The notes: generated by a model not told the origin, from the letters alone. Shown: positions 40,795 through 50,892, counted from the stretch's first letter. The stretch is 64,000 nucleotides of DNA from Candidatus Velesiimonas alkalicola (GCA_013626165.1 NDHX01000005.1:26875-90874), one strand, 5' to 3'. Made by a program: numbers and translations.

Positions 40795-42810
40795 ATGGAA
40801 ATAAAACCATATGCAATAGTTGCAATCCCTCTACCATTGCGAGGATTGTATCATTATAAAATCAAAGATGAGGACATGGGCAGAGACCTTACAGGTTACA
40901 GGGTTAAGGTCACATTCGGACATAAAAAAAAGATTGGTTTTGTTGTTGGGATGGATATATCCTGTAATATTCCGGAACAAAAGGTTCTTCAGATTGAAAA
41001 GGTTCTGGATAACAAAAAGGTGCTAGATGATAATGTCCTGCAACTTGCAGAATGGATTTCCCAAAACTATTTCTGTTCTATCGGCGAAGCACTTTTATCC
41101 TGTGTTCCTTCCTGGACTATACTTCCTGAAAGAAAAGTAAAAACTCGCAAGACTAAAAAAGAAGAATGGAACCCCATAGCAACATCTGTTCAGTTAAATG
41201 AAGAGCAGTATGCTGCTTTTAAATCTATAACAGACAGCATAGGAAAATCATATACCGAGTTTTTACTTTATGGTGTAACAGGAAGCGGTAAGACAGAAGT
41301 GGCAATGCGTTCTGTCGGATTTGCTCTTGAAAATGGATTTTCAAGTATAATCCTTGTTCCCGAAATTTCACTTACCCCTCAGATGGTCGGATGGTTCAGG
41401 TCAAGGTTTGAAAGAAATGTTGCAGTCTTGCACAGTCATCTTACCTGTGCAGAAAGAAGATTAGAATGGGAAAGGATAGTCAAAGGAGATGCAAAAATAG
41501 TTGTAGGGGCCCGTTCTGCAATATTTGCTCCTGTCCAAAATCTTAAGGTTATTATAGTTGATGAAGAACAGGAAAATTCTTATAAACAGGATGATATACC
41601 GAGGTATAATGCCAGAGATGTTGCAAGACGCAGAGCAATACAGCACGGTGCTGTTCTTATTCTATGTAGTGCCACCCCTTCACTTGAAACATTTTATAGG
41701 GCATCCCAGGGTCAAATCCATCATCTGACACTTTCACACAGGGTTGAATCAAGACCGCTACCTGCAATTGATATTGTTGATATGAAGAAAGAGATTGTAA
41801 AAGGAAACAGAAGCCCTGTACTGTCAGATTATTTAATATTAAGAATGGAAGAAACTCTTGACAAACGCCAGCAGGTAGTTCTTTTTTTAAACAGAAGAGG
41901 CCATTCAACATATCTTTTTTGCAGGAAGTGCGGATGTGTAATAAAATGCAAAAGATGTAATGTATCTTTGATTTTTCATAGCACAGAAAAAAAACTTATA
42001 TGCCATTATTGTAATTTTAATATGAAAGCGCCAAGAATTTGTCCTGAGTGCAAAATGGATTATCTACAATTTCAGGGGGTCGGCACGCAAAGAGTTGAAA
42101 AAGAGGTTGCCAGGGTTTTTCAAGATATAAGAGTTGAAAGGATGGACACTGATATAACAAAGACAAAAGGAATACATTCAAGGATATTGGGTGAATTTGC
42201 AAAATGTAATATTGATGTTTTGATAGGAACACAGATGATAGCAAAAGGACTTGATTTTCCGAATGTAACTCTTGTCGGTATAATATCTGCTGACACGGCA
42301 CTAAACTTTGCAGACTTTCGGTCATCTGAAAAAACATTTCATCTTCTTACACAGGTCTCAGGCCGTGCCGGAAGGGGTATTATACCCGGAAGGGTTGTTA
42401 TACAGACATATCATCCACAGCACTATGTAATACGCGATATAAAAATACATTCTTATAAAGATTTTTATAGCAGGGAAATAGAAAGCAGAAAAGAACTTTT
42501 CCTGCCTCCTTTTTCAAAACTTCTTCAGATTATATCAAAAGCGAATAAAGAGCAGAAAGCAAAAGATGCGGCTGATACAGTCTGTTATGAACTCCAGACA
42601 TTTTTAAGAAAGACAGGTGCATCCGTTGTAGGACCTGCTCCTATGCCTTTATCTTTTTTGAAAAGCAAATACAGATGGACTGTTACAGTAAGGATTCCAG
42701 AAGAATTGTGGGAAAGTGCAAAAACCGGTATATGGGAATGTATAAAAAGATGTGAACATTCAACAAAGATGCGCTTTTTTATAGATGTAGATCCTGTAAG
42801 TGTATTGTGA
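40795..42810 (+). CDS. priA: Primosomal protein N' (replication restart helicase PriA)
   Basis: 671 aa with Walker A GVTGSGKT, DEEQ, Cys4-Cys4 zinc-binding insert (CRKCGC...CKRC...CHYC...CPEC) and helicase C. Confidence 0.9.
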   Translation: MEIKPYAIVAIPLPLRGLYHYKIKDEDMGRDLTGYRVKVTFGHKKKIGFVVGMDISCNIPEQKVLQIEKVLDNKKVLDDNVLQLAEWISQNYFCSIGEALLSCVPSWTILPERKVKTRKTKKEEWNPIATSVQLNEEQYAAFKSITDSIGKSYTEFLLYGVTGSGKTEVAMRSVGFALENGFSSIILVPEISLTPQMVGWFRSRFERNVAVLHSHLTCAERRLEWERIVKGDAKIVVGARSAIFAPVQNLKVIIVDEEQENSYKQDDIPRYNARDVARRRAIQHGAVLILCSATPSLETFYRASQGQIHHLTLSHRVESRPLPAIDIVDMKKEIVKGNRSPVLSDYLILRMEETLDKRQQVVLFLNRRGHSTYLFCRKCGCVIKCKRCNVSLIFHSTEKKLICHYCNFNMKAPRICPECKMDYLQFQGVGTQRVEKEVARVFQDIRVERMDTDITKTKGIHSRILGEFAKCNIDVLIGTQMIAKGLDFPNVTLVGIISADTALNFADFRSSEKTFHLLTQVSGRAGRGIIPGRVVIQTYHPQHYVIRDIKIHSYKDFYSREIESRKELFLPPFSKLLQIISKANKEQKAKDAADTVCYELQTFLRKTGASVVGPAPMPLSFLKSKYRWTVTVRIPEELWESAKTGIWECIKRCEHSTKMRFFIDVDPVSVL

Positions 42811-42971
42811 GCCTGTTGCACAGCTCCATTTCTACTCTGGCAAATTACGAAATGCGGTCAACCAATTTATATTGAAAGATTAAGTGAATCTGCTACAATA
42901 ATGCTTATGGCAGTACAGAAAACTATAAAAAACGAATTCGTATATTAATTGTTAGACACACGAGAAAGATT

Positions 42972-43226
42972 ATGAATAAAAGTAAACTGCTACAAAAGCT
43001 ACTTTCCGGTTCAAAAAATATCAGATTTTCAGAGGCAGTAGCGGGTGCTAAGATGTTTGGATTTCGGTTGGACCGTATCAACAGCAGCCATCATATTTTT
43101 GTACATCCCGACGTGCCAGAATTGGTAAATCTCCAAGATGTTAAAGGAAAAGCAAAGTCATACCAGGTGAAACAATTATTGCAGATTGTTGAACGATATA
43201 ATCTTCAAATGGAGGATGAAGCATGA
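42972..43226 (+). CDS. hicA: HicA-family toxin (YcfA-like mRNA interferase)
   Basis: 84 aa with GFRLDRINSSHHIFVHPD (GSHH-type HicA motif). Overlaps the downstream HicB-like gene. Confidence 0.6.
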   Translation: MNKSKLLQKLLSGSKNIRFSEAVAGAKMFGFRLDRINSSHHIFVHPDVPELVNLQDVKGKAKSYQVKQLLQIVERYNLQMEDEA

Positions 43227-43441
43227 AAGATTACCATGTCAATGTATTTTACAGTGACGAAGACGAGGGGTACATTGCAGATATACCCGACTTAAAACAT
43301 TGCTCCGCTTTTGGCAAAACGCCAGAAGAGGCACTGGAAGAGGTATTGAAAGCAAAAGAAGCATGGCTTGAGGCAGCACGTACTAATGGAAAACCGATAC
43401 CAATCCCTCATTTTCGACCATTGATCTATCAAGTTGTGTGA
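43223..43441 (+). CDS. hicB: HicB-family antitoxin (UPF0150-like)
   Basis: 72 aa: YHVNVFYSDEDEGYIADIPDLKHCSAFGKTPEEALEEVLKAKEAWLE, the typical HicB N-terminal fold pattern. Confidence 0.6.
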   Translation: MKDYHVNVFYSDEDEGYIADIPDLKHCSAFGKTPEEALEEVLKAKEAWLEAARTNGKPIPIPHFRPLIYQVV

Positions 43442-43537
43442 ACAAATGTGTCTAACAAGGCGCTGCACCTGACCCTCAAACGCAGTAGCGTTTTCGGGCA
43501 GGTGAGATCTATCATTAGAACCGCAAGAAGGACAAAA

Positions 43538-43723
43538 ATGAAGATGATATATTGGAAAGGGAAAAAGTTTTGGGTTGGCAAACTTCTCGAACATCCGGAG
43601 ATAATGACTCAGGGCAAGACTCTTAAGGAATTGGAAGAAAACTTAAGGGACGCCTATCTGCTTATGGCAATGGACGAAGTCCCTAAAGAACACCAAATCA
43701 AAGAACTTGCCCTTACCGTATGA
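43538..43723 (+). CDS. hicB: HicB-family antitoxin (second copy; the tracked ORF starts earlier at 43448)
   Basis: MKMIYWKGKKFWVGKLLEHPEIMTQGKTLKELEENLRDAYLLMAMDE is the HicB pattern. Its stop overlaps the start of the next gene. Confidence 0.55.
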   Translation: MKMIYWKGKKFWVGKLLEHPEIMTQGKTLKELEENLRDAYLLMAMDEVPKEHQIKELALTV

Positions 43724-43893
43724 GACTGAAAGAACTCATCAAAAAGATAGGTGAAGCAGGATGCGTTTTTGTCAGACACGGAAGAAATCATGATCTTTAC
43801 GTGAATCCCAAAACCGGCAAAAGACAACCTGTACCAAGACACAATGAAATTGACGACTATCTTGCCAAGCATATAATCAAACTGTTGACATAA
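43720..43893 (+). CDS. hicA: HicA-family toxin (second copy, 57 aa; below the ORF-track size cutoff)
   Basis: ATG at 43720 overlapping the HicB TGA. It encodes MRLKELIKKIGEAGCVFVRHGRNHDLYVNPKTGKRQPVPRHNEIDDYLAKHIIKLLT. Confidence 0.55.
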   Translation: MRLKELIKKIGEAGCVFVRHGRNHDLYVNPKTGKRQPVPRHNEIDDYLAKHIIKLLT

Positions 43894-44026
43894 CTTATAC
43901 ACTTCATTGACTATTTTTAGTAGGCGTGCTATCTTGAGATATAATAACGTTTAAGTTCGGCCGTTGAGAAGAAAGATTTAATATGAAAAAACGTATACAG
44001 TTTCAGGGCACACTTATATTCTTATG

Positions 44027-44077
44027 TGTTGACTAACGATACATTAAGTTGTATACTTAATGTATCGTTAGTCAACA
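44027..44077. repeat. Perfect 23-bp inverted repeat (TGTTGACTAACGATACATTAAGT / ACTTAATGTATCGTTAGTCAACA) with a 5-nt loop
   Basis: Seen directly. It overlaps the 3' end of the truncated transposase fragment. Confidence 0.9.
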
Positions 44078-44292
44078 TTTATGAAGTTTAGAATCTGCTC
44101 TTCTATTTCTTCTGGCACTCTATTGGGCATCCTGGGAGCTCTTCTTGTCCTTGATCTTAAACCTTCATCTCCTTCTTTATCTCTTCTCTTCTTCCACTTA
44201 TAGAACCACTTTCTGCTCACTCCATATCTTTTGCAGAGGGAGGTTATTGGTTCCCGGTTTTTATCTGCCTCTTCGAATATCCTCATTCTCAT
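44068..44292 (-). pseudogene. Truncated transposase (N-terminal HTH portion only, IS481/IS3-like)
   Basis: 74 aa: ITSLCKRYGVSRKWFYKWKKRRDKEGDEGLRSRTRRAPRMPNRVPEEIEEQIL matches the N-terminal HTH of rve-type transposases. No catalytic domain follows. Confidence 0.5.
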
Positions 44293-44489
44293 TCTATAAA
44301 GACACTCTCTTTCTCCTATACCCGAACCTCCTTTTTGTTGGTATTCTACTGGAGGTTCTGGTAGGCGTCAAAGAAATCTTTTTCATTGTTTTCCTGCCCA
44401 AAATTTTGCTTATTTAAGAGCAAATTTTGGGCAGGTAAAACAAAGATTTGTTACCACCACTTGAAGATAGTACAATTAAAATACAATAA

Positions 44490-45152
44490 CGATACCATAA
44501 CAAGCGGAAATACCGTCCGGGCACTTATAAACCTTTCTATACCCATGCTTATAAACGCCGTATTGCAGAATATACAAACCCTCATAGACCTTTTTTGGGT
44601 AGGGAAATTAGGAAGTATTGCAATTGCATCCGTTGCGACAAGCGGAACAATCCTTATGATTTTATTTCCCATTGTTGTGGGAATATCATCGGGGACAATT
44701 GCCATTGTTTCAAGATACATCGGTTCAAAAAATTATGATTTTGCAAACCATGTTGTGGGTCAATCGTTATTCCTTTTATCATAGCCGTATTTAACAAAGA
44801 AACAGATGTTATACAAATAGGTTCCGATTATTTAAGGATAGTCCCCCTATCCTATGTGTTCACGGCGCTTGGCGTTGTTCTTGGAAGGGCTTTACAGGGT
44901 GCGGGCGATACACTTGCAACAATGGTTATTACGGTTTTTTCACTCTGGGGGCTACAGATACCCCTTGCATTCTTTTTTTCCAAAATATGGGGGACAAACG
45001 GAATATGGTGGTCAATTGTCCTTACAACAGTCGTGAACGGAATTATTACGGTAATATGGTTTGAAAGGGGAGAATGGAAGAAGAAAAAAGGTTATTTCCT
45101 GTCAAAAAATGGATTTTTACCGCTTACACTTAAAGGAATTCCAAGCGCCTGA
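44490..45152 (+). pseudogene. MATE-family efflux transporter, disrupted (N-terminal and C-terminal pieces in different frames; the middle is missing)
   Basis: Frame 1 holds the MATE N-terminal TM region (NTVRALINLSIPMLINAVLQNIQTLIDLFWVGKLG...). A second frame (44856-45152) holds C-terminal MATE helices (LGRALQGAGDTLATMVITVFSLWGLQIPLAFFF). The combined length is far below the ~450 aa of an intact MATE. Confidence 0.6.
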
Positions 45153-45643
45153 ACAACCTTACCTGATGGTGAAGTCTCTGAGGTTTTTTCAAAAAGTCCC
45201 AGGTCAAGTGCGGCTCTTCCTATTGAAAACATAATTCTGTTGTCTACATTGAACTTGTTTGCAATTATTGCAGAAGAAGAAGTCGCCAGCCCAAGGTCAA
45301 TTGAATTATATGCACAGACACCCTTTGTCTTTTTTAGTTCCTCACAGGTCGGATATCCGCAGTATCCACAGTTTAGTCCCGCAGGATTTGCTTTCACACC
45401 TATTACAACAATAGCAGGAACAGACTGAATAGAATTAGCGTCTCTTTCAAAAGAAGGTCTGTGTTCACTCTTTGAGATCTGTCTCATTTTTTCTACAATC
45501 TTACTTCTTGTCTGTTCATCGTCTATGAGTATGGTTTCTATATTGTCCAACCCCTTTGTTTTTGGTGCCGTCCTTGCGGAGCATAAAATAAATCCTGCGA
45601 TATCTAATACAGAATCTTTCTCAACCTGTTTTCCTGTTTTCAT
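45092..45643 (-). CDS. Conserved hypothetical Cys-containing protein (DUF2148-like, tentative)
   Basis: 183 aa with CGYCGYPTCEEL and VCAYNSIDLGLA motifs. Overlaps the MATE remnant by ~60 bp. Confidence 0.45.
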   Translation of the reverse strand: MKTGKQVEKDSVLDIAGFILCSARTAPKTKGLDNIETILIDDEQTRSKIVEKMRQISKSEHRPSFERDANSIQSVPAIVVIGVKANPAGLNCGYCGYPTCEELKKTKGVCAYNSIDLGLATSSSAIIANKFNVDNRIMFSIGRAALDLGLFEKTSETSPSGKVVQALGIPLSVSGKNPFFDRK

Positions 45644-45660
45644 TTTTTTCTTTATTATCT

Positions 45661-46407
45661 TTAAGGACAGATATGGAAAAAAAATCTTAAAAGAAACATC
45701 ACCAAAATGCCGAGCACAAAAAACAGCATGGCTGTGTTAGTTCTTTTTGTATCTTTTTGTTTATAAATTTCTGGTATAAGGTCGCAGATTGCAATATATA
45801 AAAATCCTCCACCTGCAAATGGCAGGAGAAAGAATGAAAATGCTTGGATGTGAGATGATAGATAAAATCCTAATATTGTGCCAAGCACTGAGGTTAGTGC
45901 CGAAAGAAAATTATAGAAAAGAGCCTTAAATTTACCGAATCCACCATATACAAGAACTCCAAAGTCTCCTATTTCCTGCGGAATTTCATGCATAATGATA
46001 GAAACAGTTGCTGGAATGCCTATATAAGGCCCTATTCTAAAACCTGTTCCTATTATAACACCGTCTATAAAATTGTGCACAGCATCACCGAGCAGGTTAA
46101 GGTATCTAAATATATGAACATCACACTGCCCGCGGTGGCAGTGTCTCCAGAAAAGATATTTTTCAATGACAAAGAAAAGAAGAAAACCGAAAAGTGTAAT
46201 AACAAAAACCTTAAATAAATTCAGATTTTTAATTGCTTCTGGAAGCAGATGAAAGAAAGCCCCACCTATAAGTCCTCCTGCTGAAAGGCCAACCAGAGAT
46301 ATAAGAATTCTTTCTAAGAGTTCTTTTTTAAAAATCAAAGTACAGATCCCAACCAGTGAGATTATACTTACCAACAGACTTGCAAGTATTGCGTAAATAA
46401 AATCCAT
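45661..46407 (-). CDS. ZIP-family metal transporter (ZupT-like)
   Basis: 248 aa and 8 TM segments. Has HNFIDGV and HEIPQEIGDFGVL, the ZIP signature. Confidence 0.85.
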   Translation of the reverse strand: MDFIYAILASLLVSIISLVGICTLIFKKELLERILISLVGLSAGGLIGGAFFHLLPEAIKNLNLFKVFVITLFGFLLFFVIEKYLFWRHCHRGQCDVHIFRYLNLLGDAVHNFIDGVIIGTGFRIGPYIGIPATVSIIMHEIPQEIGDFGVLVYGGFGKFKALFYNFLSALTSVLGTILGFYLSSHIQAFSFFLLPFAGGGFLYIAICDLIPEIYKQKDTKRTNTAMLFFVLGILVMFLLRFFFHICP

Positions 46408-46545
46408 AGGTTTTATTCTAAATAAAAAAATAAATTTATCAAGAAGTTTTTAATGCAGGCGTAATTTGACAAAAAACTATGATTTGATAACATATTTAAT
46501 AGTTCACCTGTCGAGCTTGGCAGGTAAGCAGGTAGGAAGGAGGCT

Positions 46546-47703
46546 ATGAAAAGAATTGTATATCTTGATAATAATGCAACAACACCTGTAGATCCACTGG
46601 TGCTTGAGGCAATGCTTCCCTATTATAAACAGGAATACGGCAACGCATCAGGTATATACTCAAAAGGACAATCTGCAAAAATTGCAATTGAAAAGGCAAG
46701 AACCGTTATAGGTGAAGCACTTGGAACAGAACCGGTTGATATAATATTTGTTTCAGGGGGTACAGAGGCTGATAATTTTGCAATAAAAGGTGTTGCATAC
46801 TCATACCAGAATAAGGGCAGACATATCATTACAACAAAGGTTGAACATTCTGCAGTATTGAAAACCTGTCAGTATCTTGAAAAGAACGGTTTTTCCGTAA
46901 CATATTTAGATGTTGATAAAACCGGGTTGGTCAGTCCTGAAGATGTAAAAAATGCAATAACCGACAGGACAATACTTGCAACAGTTATGCATTCTAATAA
47001 TGAGGTAGGGACAGTCCAGCCAATACAGGCAATAGCAGATATCTGCAAAGAAAAAGGTGTCCTATTCCATACAGATGCTGTTCAGAGTTTCGGTAAAATC
47101 CCCCTAGATGTTGAAAAAATGGGCGTGGACTTGCTTTCTCTTTCTGCCCATAAGATTTATGGGCCCAAAGGAATAGGTATCCTGTATGTAAGAAAAAAAG
47201 TAGACCTTATACCGATGATGCATGGGGGCCCACATGAAAGAAAATTAAGGGCTGGAACAGAAAATGTGCCCTTAATAGTTGGTTTTGGTAAAGCAGTTGA
47301 GATTGCAGTGAAGAATATGAGCGAAGAACCCGACAGGATAAGAAATTTAAGGGATATGCTACATCAGGGACTTTTGTCCAGTCTTACACATCTTCACTTG
47401 AATGGACATCCCACGCAAAGACTCCCGGGTGTTTTAAATATTGGATTTGAATATGTGGAAGGCGAATCTATAATACTTAATTTTGATATGAAAGGGATTT
47501 GTGCATCAACAGGGAGTGCCTGCACATCAGGTTCACTGGAGCCTTCCCATGTGTTAACGGCAATGGGCGTTGACCCTGTTATATCCCAGGGTTCTGTAAG
47601 ATTTTCTGTCGGCAGAATGAACACAGAAAAAGATATCAAATACTGTATTAAGGTAATCCCGCCGATAATAAAAAGATTAAGAGAAATGTCTCCTCTTTCA
47701 TAA
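46546..47703 (+). CDS. Cysteine desulfurase (NifS/IscS family, class V aminotransferase)
   Basis: 385 aa with PLP-Lys motif SLSAHKIYGPKGIG and active-site Cys loop ASTGSACTSG. Confidence 0.9.
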   Translation: MKRIVYLDNNATTPVDPLVLEAMLPYYKQEYGNASGIYSKGQSAKIAIEKARTVIGEALGTEPVDIIFVSGGTEADNFAIKGVAYSYQNKGRHIITTKVEHSAVLKTCQYLEKNGFSVTYLDVDKTGLVSPEDVKNAITDRTILATVMHSNNEVGTVQPIQAIADICKEKGVLFHTDAVQSFGKIPLDVEKMGVDLLSLSAHKIYGPKGIGILYVRKKVDLIPMMHGGPHERKLRAGTENVPLIVGFGKAVEIAVKNMSEEPDRIRNLRDMLHQGLLSSLTHLHLNGHPTQRLPGVLNIGFEYVEGESIILNFDMKGICASTGSACTSGSLEPSHVLTAMGVDPVISQGSVRFSVGRMNTEKDIKYCIKVIPPIIKRLREMSPLS

Positions 47704-47726
47704 AAAATAGGTGACAGGTAAAAGCC

Positions 47727-47800
47727 GTCGCCCGTATTTCGTATTTCGTCGTCCATATTCCGTATATCGTATTCCATAAAAAACAGACGACGGGATACGA
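47727..47800. terminator. Extended hairpin (CGCCCGTATTTCGTATTTCGTCGTC ... GACGACGGGATACGAAATAC) with internal CGTATTTCG / TATTCCG repeats, then a partial CCAGTGCTCTGGTG motif
   Basis: Inverted repeat seen directly between the cysteine desulfurase gene and the TatD-like gene. Confidence 0.4.
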
Positions 47801-47828
47801 AATACCAGTGCTCTGGTGATATGGTAAT

Positions 47829-49211
47829 ATGTGGATAGATACTCACTGTCATTTGGATTTTAAAAATTTCAACAAGGACAGGGATGGTGTTCTTGAAAAA
47901 GCTTTTTCTTGTGGTGTAAAGAAAGTTATAAATCCGGCAGCATCAATCCAATCCAGCAGGAATGCTATTGATATATCTGCAAGATATAAAAATGTGTTTG
48001 CAGCCATAGGCATCCATCCAATAGATGCAGATGAATGGACGCCCCTGAATTTTAAGATTATTAAAGATCTTGCAAAATCTGAAAAAGTTATTGCAATAGG
48101 TGAAACAGGTCTTGATTATTACAGAACCGAGACAAAAAAGGGGAAACAAATAAAAAGTTTTAACGCACACATTGAGATTGCTGGACACCTTGACCTTCCG
48201 TTAATAATCCACATAAGAGATGCATTTGAGGATGCAATATCTATACTATCCCGCAGGGCAGAATCTGGCGCAAAAAATAAAGTAAAAGGGGTTGTCCATT
48301 GTTTTTCAGGAAATATAAAACAGGCAGAATCTATTCTTGATTTAGGACTTTATATATCGTTTACCGGAAATATAACATATCCCAAAGCAAAACATTTAAG
48401 AGAGGTTGTTTCTTATGTTCCAATAGAAAAAATGATGGTAGAAACCGATGCCCCTTTTCTTGCTCCGCAAGGTATCCGAGGAAAAAGAAATGAACCCTGC
48501 TATGTTATAGAGGTTGGAAAGGTTCTTACAGAGATCAAGAAATTATCCCTGCAGGATGTTGAAAGAATCACAAGTTTGAATGCAATACAGTTGTTCAGTA
48601 TAGGAGAAGAAAAATCAAAACAAAACATTGCATATCCAATAAGAGATTCATTGTATCTTAATATAACAAACAGATGCACAAATGTTTGTTCATTTTGTAT
48701 AAGGGCAAAAACCGATTTTATAAAAGGACATTTTTTAAGACTTGAAACTGAACCCGCAATAGAACAGATTATAGATGCTATAGCGGATGCAAAATCATAT
48801 AAAGAGGTTGTATTCTGTGGATATGGGGAACCAACGCTAAGACTTGATATTGTTGTAAGGGTTGCAGAAAGATTAAAAAAGATGGGTGTTCCTGTCCGAC
48901 TGAATACCAATGGGCATGGCAGCCTTATTGCCGGGAAGGATATAGTGCCTGAGATTGCAGGCAGGGTTGACAAGGTAAGCATAAGCCTTGATGCTCACGA
49001 TTCTATCACATACAATAAAATATGCAAACCTGTCTGGGGCGAAAAAACATTTGATGCAATACTTGAGTTTGCAAAAAGGTGCCTTGAACTTAATATAGAT
49101 GTAGAACTAACAGTCGTTAGAATTCCAACAGTGGATGTTGAAAAATGCAAAGAAATTGCTCACCAATTAGGGACAGTTTTCAGAGTAAGAGAATACGATG
49201 AAGTGGGATAG
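47829..49211 (+). CDS. Fusion: TatD-family metallo-hydrolase (N-terminal) plus TatD-associated radical SAM domain (C-terminal)
   Basis: 460 aa. N-terminal WIDTHCHLD..., GLDYY and HCFSG are TatD motifs. C-terminal LNITNRCTNVCSFC (CX3CX2C) and GEPTL are radical SAM motifs. Confidence 0.75.
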   Translation: MWIDTHCHLDFKNFNKDRDGVLEKAFSCGVKKVINPAASIQSSRNAIDISARYKNVFAAIGIHPIDADEWTPLNFKIIKDLAKSEKVIAIGETGLDYYRTETKKGKQIKSFNAHIEIAGHLDLPLIIHIRDAFEDAISILSRRAESGAKNKVKGVVHCFSGNIKQAESILDLGLYISFTGNITYPKAKHLREVVSYVPIEKMMVETDAPFLAPQGIRGKRNEPCYVIEVGKVLTEIKKLSLQDVERITSLNAIQLFSIGEEKSKQNIAYPIRDSLYLNITNRCTNVCSFCIRAKTDFIKGHFLRLETEPAIEQIIDAIADAKSYKEVVFCGYGEPTLRLDIVVRVAERLKKMGVPVRLNTNGHGSLIAGKDIVPEIAGRVDKVSISLDAHDSITYNKICKPVWGEKTFDAILEFAKRCLELNIDVELTVVRIPTVDVEKCKEIAHQLGTVFRVREYDEVG

Positions 49212-50199
49212 AATAAAAAATTTTATTCAAAAACAAAGATTCTGGCTTGTTATTGTTCTGATAGCGGCATCTGTTTTAATCCTGCCTTATGTAGATACAA
49301 ATGTAAATGGTTTTTTTGAAAAAGATAGTTTTGTATTAAATTGGAAAAATTTGACATCCTCACAACTTTTAAGGATTTCAATAGTTTTGGCAGGTGTGTT
49401 TTTAGGAATAATAACAGGCATTATACTGCTTGCAACATATATCGGGGGTTTTCTTATAAAAAAAGATGTGCCTTTAAAATTTCCTGCCTTAAATCTTGAT
49501 ATAAAGTGGAAGGTTTTTGATTCATTTAAGATAATGTCTATCAGTATAATAGGAACGGCGGTTTTAACGGCCCTTTTAAGTAAATCTTCAATTCTAAAAT
49601 CAACCAATACAGAATGGTTTAAGATTGGTCAGTCTTCTATCCTTGCTTGTGTTTTGCTGGTGCTTGTTATTTACTATGTTGTTTTCATATACAGAGAACA
49701 TTATAAGACACTGGGTTTTATAAAACAGGGATTGGCAAAAAAAATCGTTTTTACCGTTCTGGCTTATATTGCGGCTTTGCCCTTGTTTATTGCAGCAGCT
49801 ATCGTTGGTGCAATTATTACAACCTTATTAGGATTTTATGTAGAACCCCATCCTATCAGCATATTTCTTGTTAAAGAAAAAAATTTTTTTGTTATTATAT
49901 ATATATGGATAATTGCAGGAATTATAGCGCCTGTTTCTGAGGAATTGTTTTTTAGAGGATTTTTATATCCTGCTTTAAAAGTAAGAAACGGAAAAGTTTT
50001 AGGTATTTTGTTAAGCGCCTGTTTTTTTTCTATCCTTCACCTGAACATCTCTTCAATATTGCCGATATTTGTTTTAGGAATATTATTTGCCTGGCTTTAT
50101 GAAAACACCGGTTCTATATTTCCCTCAATATTTGCACATTCTCTTCATAACACTGTTACATTGTCTGGAATGCTCCTTATAAAAGATATGGTAATTTAA
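49198..50199 (+). CDS. CPBP-family intramembrane glutamic endopeptidase (CAAX protease-like)
   Basis: 333 aa, polytopic, with SEELFFRGF and FAHSLHN motifs. Overlaps the upstream gene's stop. Confidence 0.8.
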   Translation: MKWDRIKNFIQKQRFWLVIVLIAASVLILPYVDTNVNGFFEKDSFVLNWKNLTSSQLLRISIVLAGVFLGIITGIILLATYIGGFLIKKDVPLKFPALNLDIKWKVFDSFKIMSISIIGTAVLTALLSKSSILKSTNTEWFKIGQSSILACVLLVLVIYYVVFIYREHYKTLGFIKQGLAKKIVFTVLAYIAALPLFIAAAIVGAIITTLLGFYVEPHPISIFLVKEKNFFVIIYIWIIAGIIAPVSEELFFRGFLYPALKVRNGKVLGILLSACFFSILHLNISSILPIFVLGILFAWLYENTGSIFPSIFAHSLHNTVTLSGMLLIKDMVI

Positions 50200-50386
50200 G
50201 AATAGAAATGTCAAATATCAAATATCAAATATTAAATATCATTACACATAAGGTTCTGTGATGTGGAGGTGTCCTGTGTATTATATAGGAGACCTTTTTA
50301 TTAAATCTTTATAATTTAAAATTTATTCAAAATTGGAAATTAAAAATTCCTCACCTCTACTACCTACTATATTTTCGGAGGGGTGG

Positions 50387-50468
50387 CAGAGTGGACGAAT
50401 GCGGCGGTCTCGAAAACCGTTATCCGTCTTAAAACGGATCGGGGGTTCAAATCCCTTCCCCTCCGCCA
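50387..50468 (+). tRNA. tRNA-Ser (anticodon CGA). It marks the boundary of the downstream R-M island.
   Basis: GGAGGGG TG GCA GAGTGGACGAA TGC ... anticodon loop CTCGAAA, a long variable arm, T-arm GGGGGTTCAAATCCCTTC and 3' CCGCCA. Confidence 0.8.
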
Positions 50469-50655
50469 AAGAACCCCGAAGGAGAAACTTCGTTTCCCTA
50501 CGGGGCAGGCCTGAAAAAATGCTTGCCCCGTTAAATTTGCGAAGTAAATTTGTTCGGGGTCGGCTCGAACTTTATTTTGGCCAGAAGCGAGCTTTTCTTT
50601 ATTTTCATTCTAATATCTCTATGCTAACTATAGTATGTAGAACTAAAAATAGCAA

Positions 50656-50892
50656 GTGTATATAATAGAAGTATCTAATGTGAAACGAGAAATACTATTA
50701 AAGTTTGGTAATAAAGTCCGTGGACGACGGCTTAAATTAGGTTTATCTCAGGAAGAGTTATCTTCTCGTGCCGGCGTTCATAGAACATACATCGGAATGA
50801 TTGAAAGGGCAGAAAAAAATATAACACTCGAGAATATTGAAAAAATCGCTAAGGCACTAGAAATCTCGTTAGACAACCTTATGAAATTTTAA
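50656..50892 (+). CDS. Controller (C) protein, XRE-family HTH, of R-M system A (possible alternative GTG start at 50680)
   Basis: 78 aa with LKLGLSQEELSSRAGVHRTYIGMIERAEKNITLENIEKIAKALEISLDNL matching the C-protein family. The ACTATAGT palindrome just upstream (50627-50634) is C-box-like. Confidence 0.7.
   Translation: MYIIEVSNVKREILLKFGNKVRGRRLKLGLSQEELSSRAGVHRTYIGMIERAEKNITLENIEKIAKALEISLDNLMKF

Noticed and set aside
50333-50665. 110-aa ORF spanning tRNA-Ser and the island junction element.
   Set aside because: It overlaps a well-supported tRNA gene on the same strand and a conserved noncoding junction repeat.
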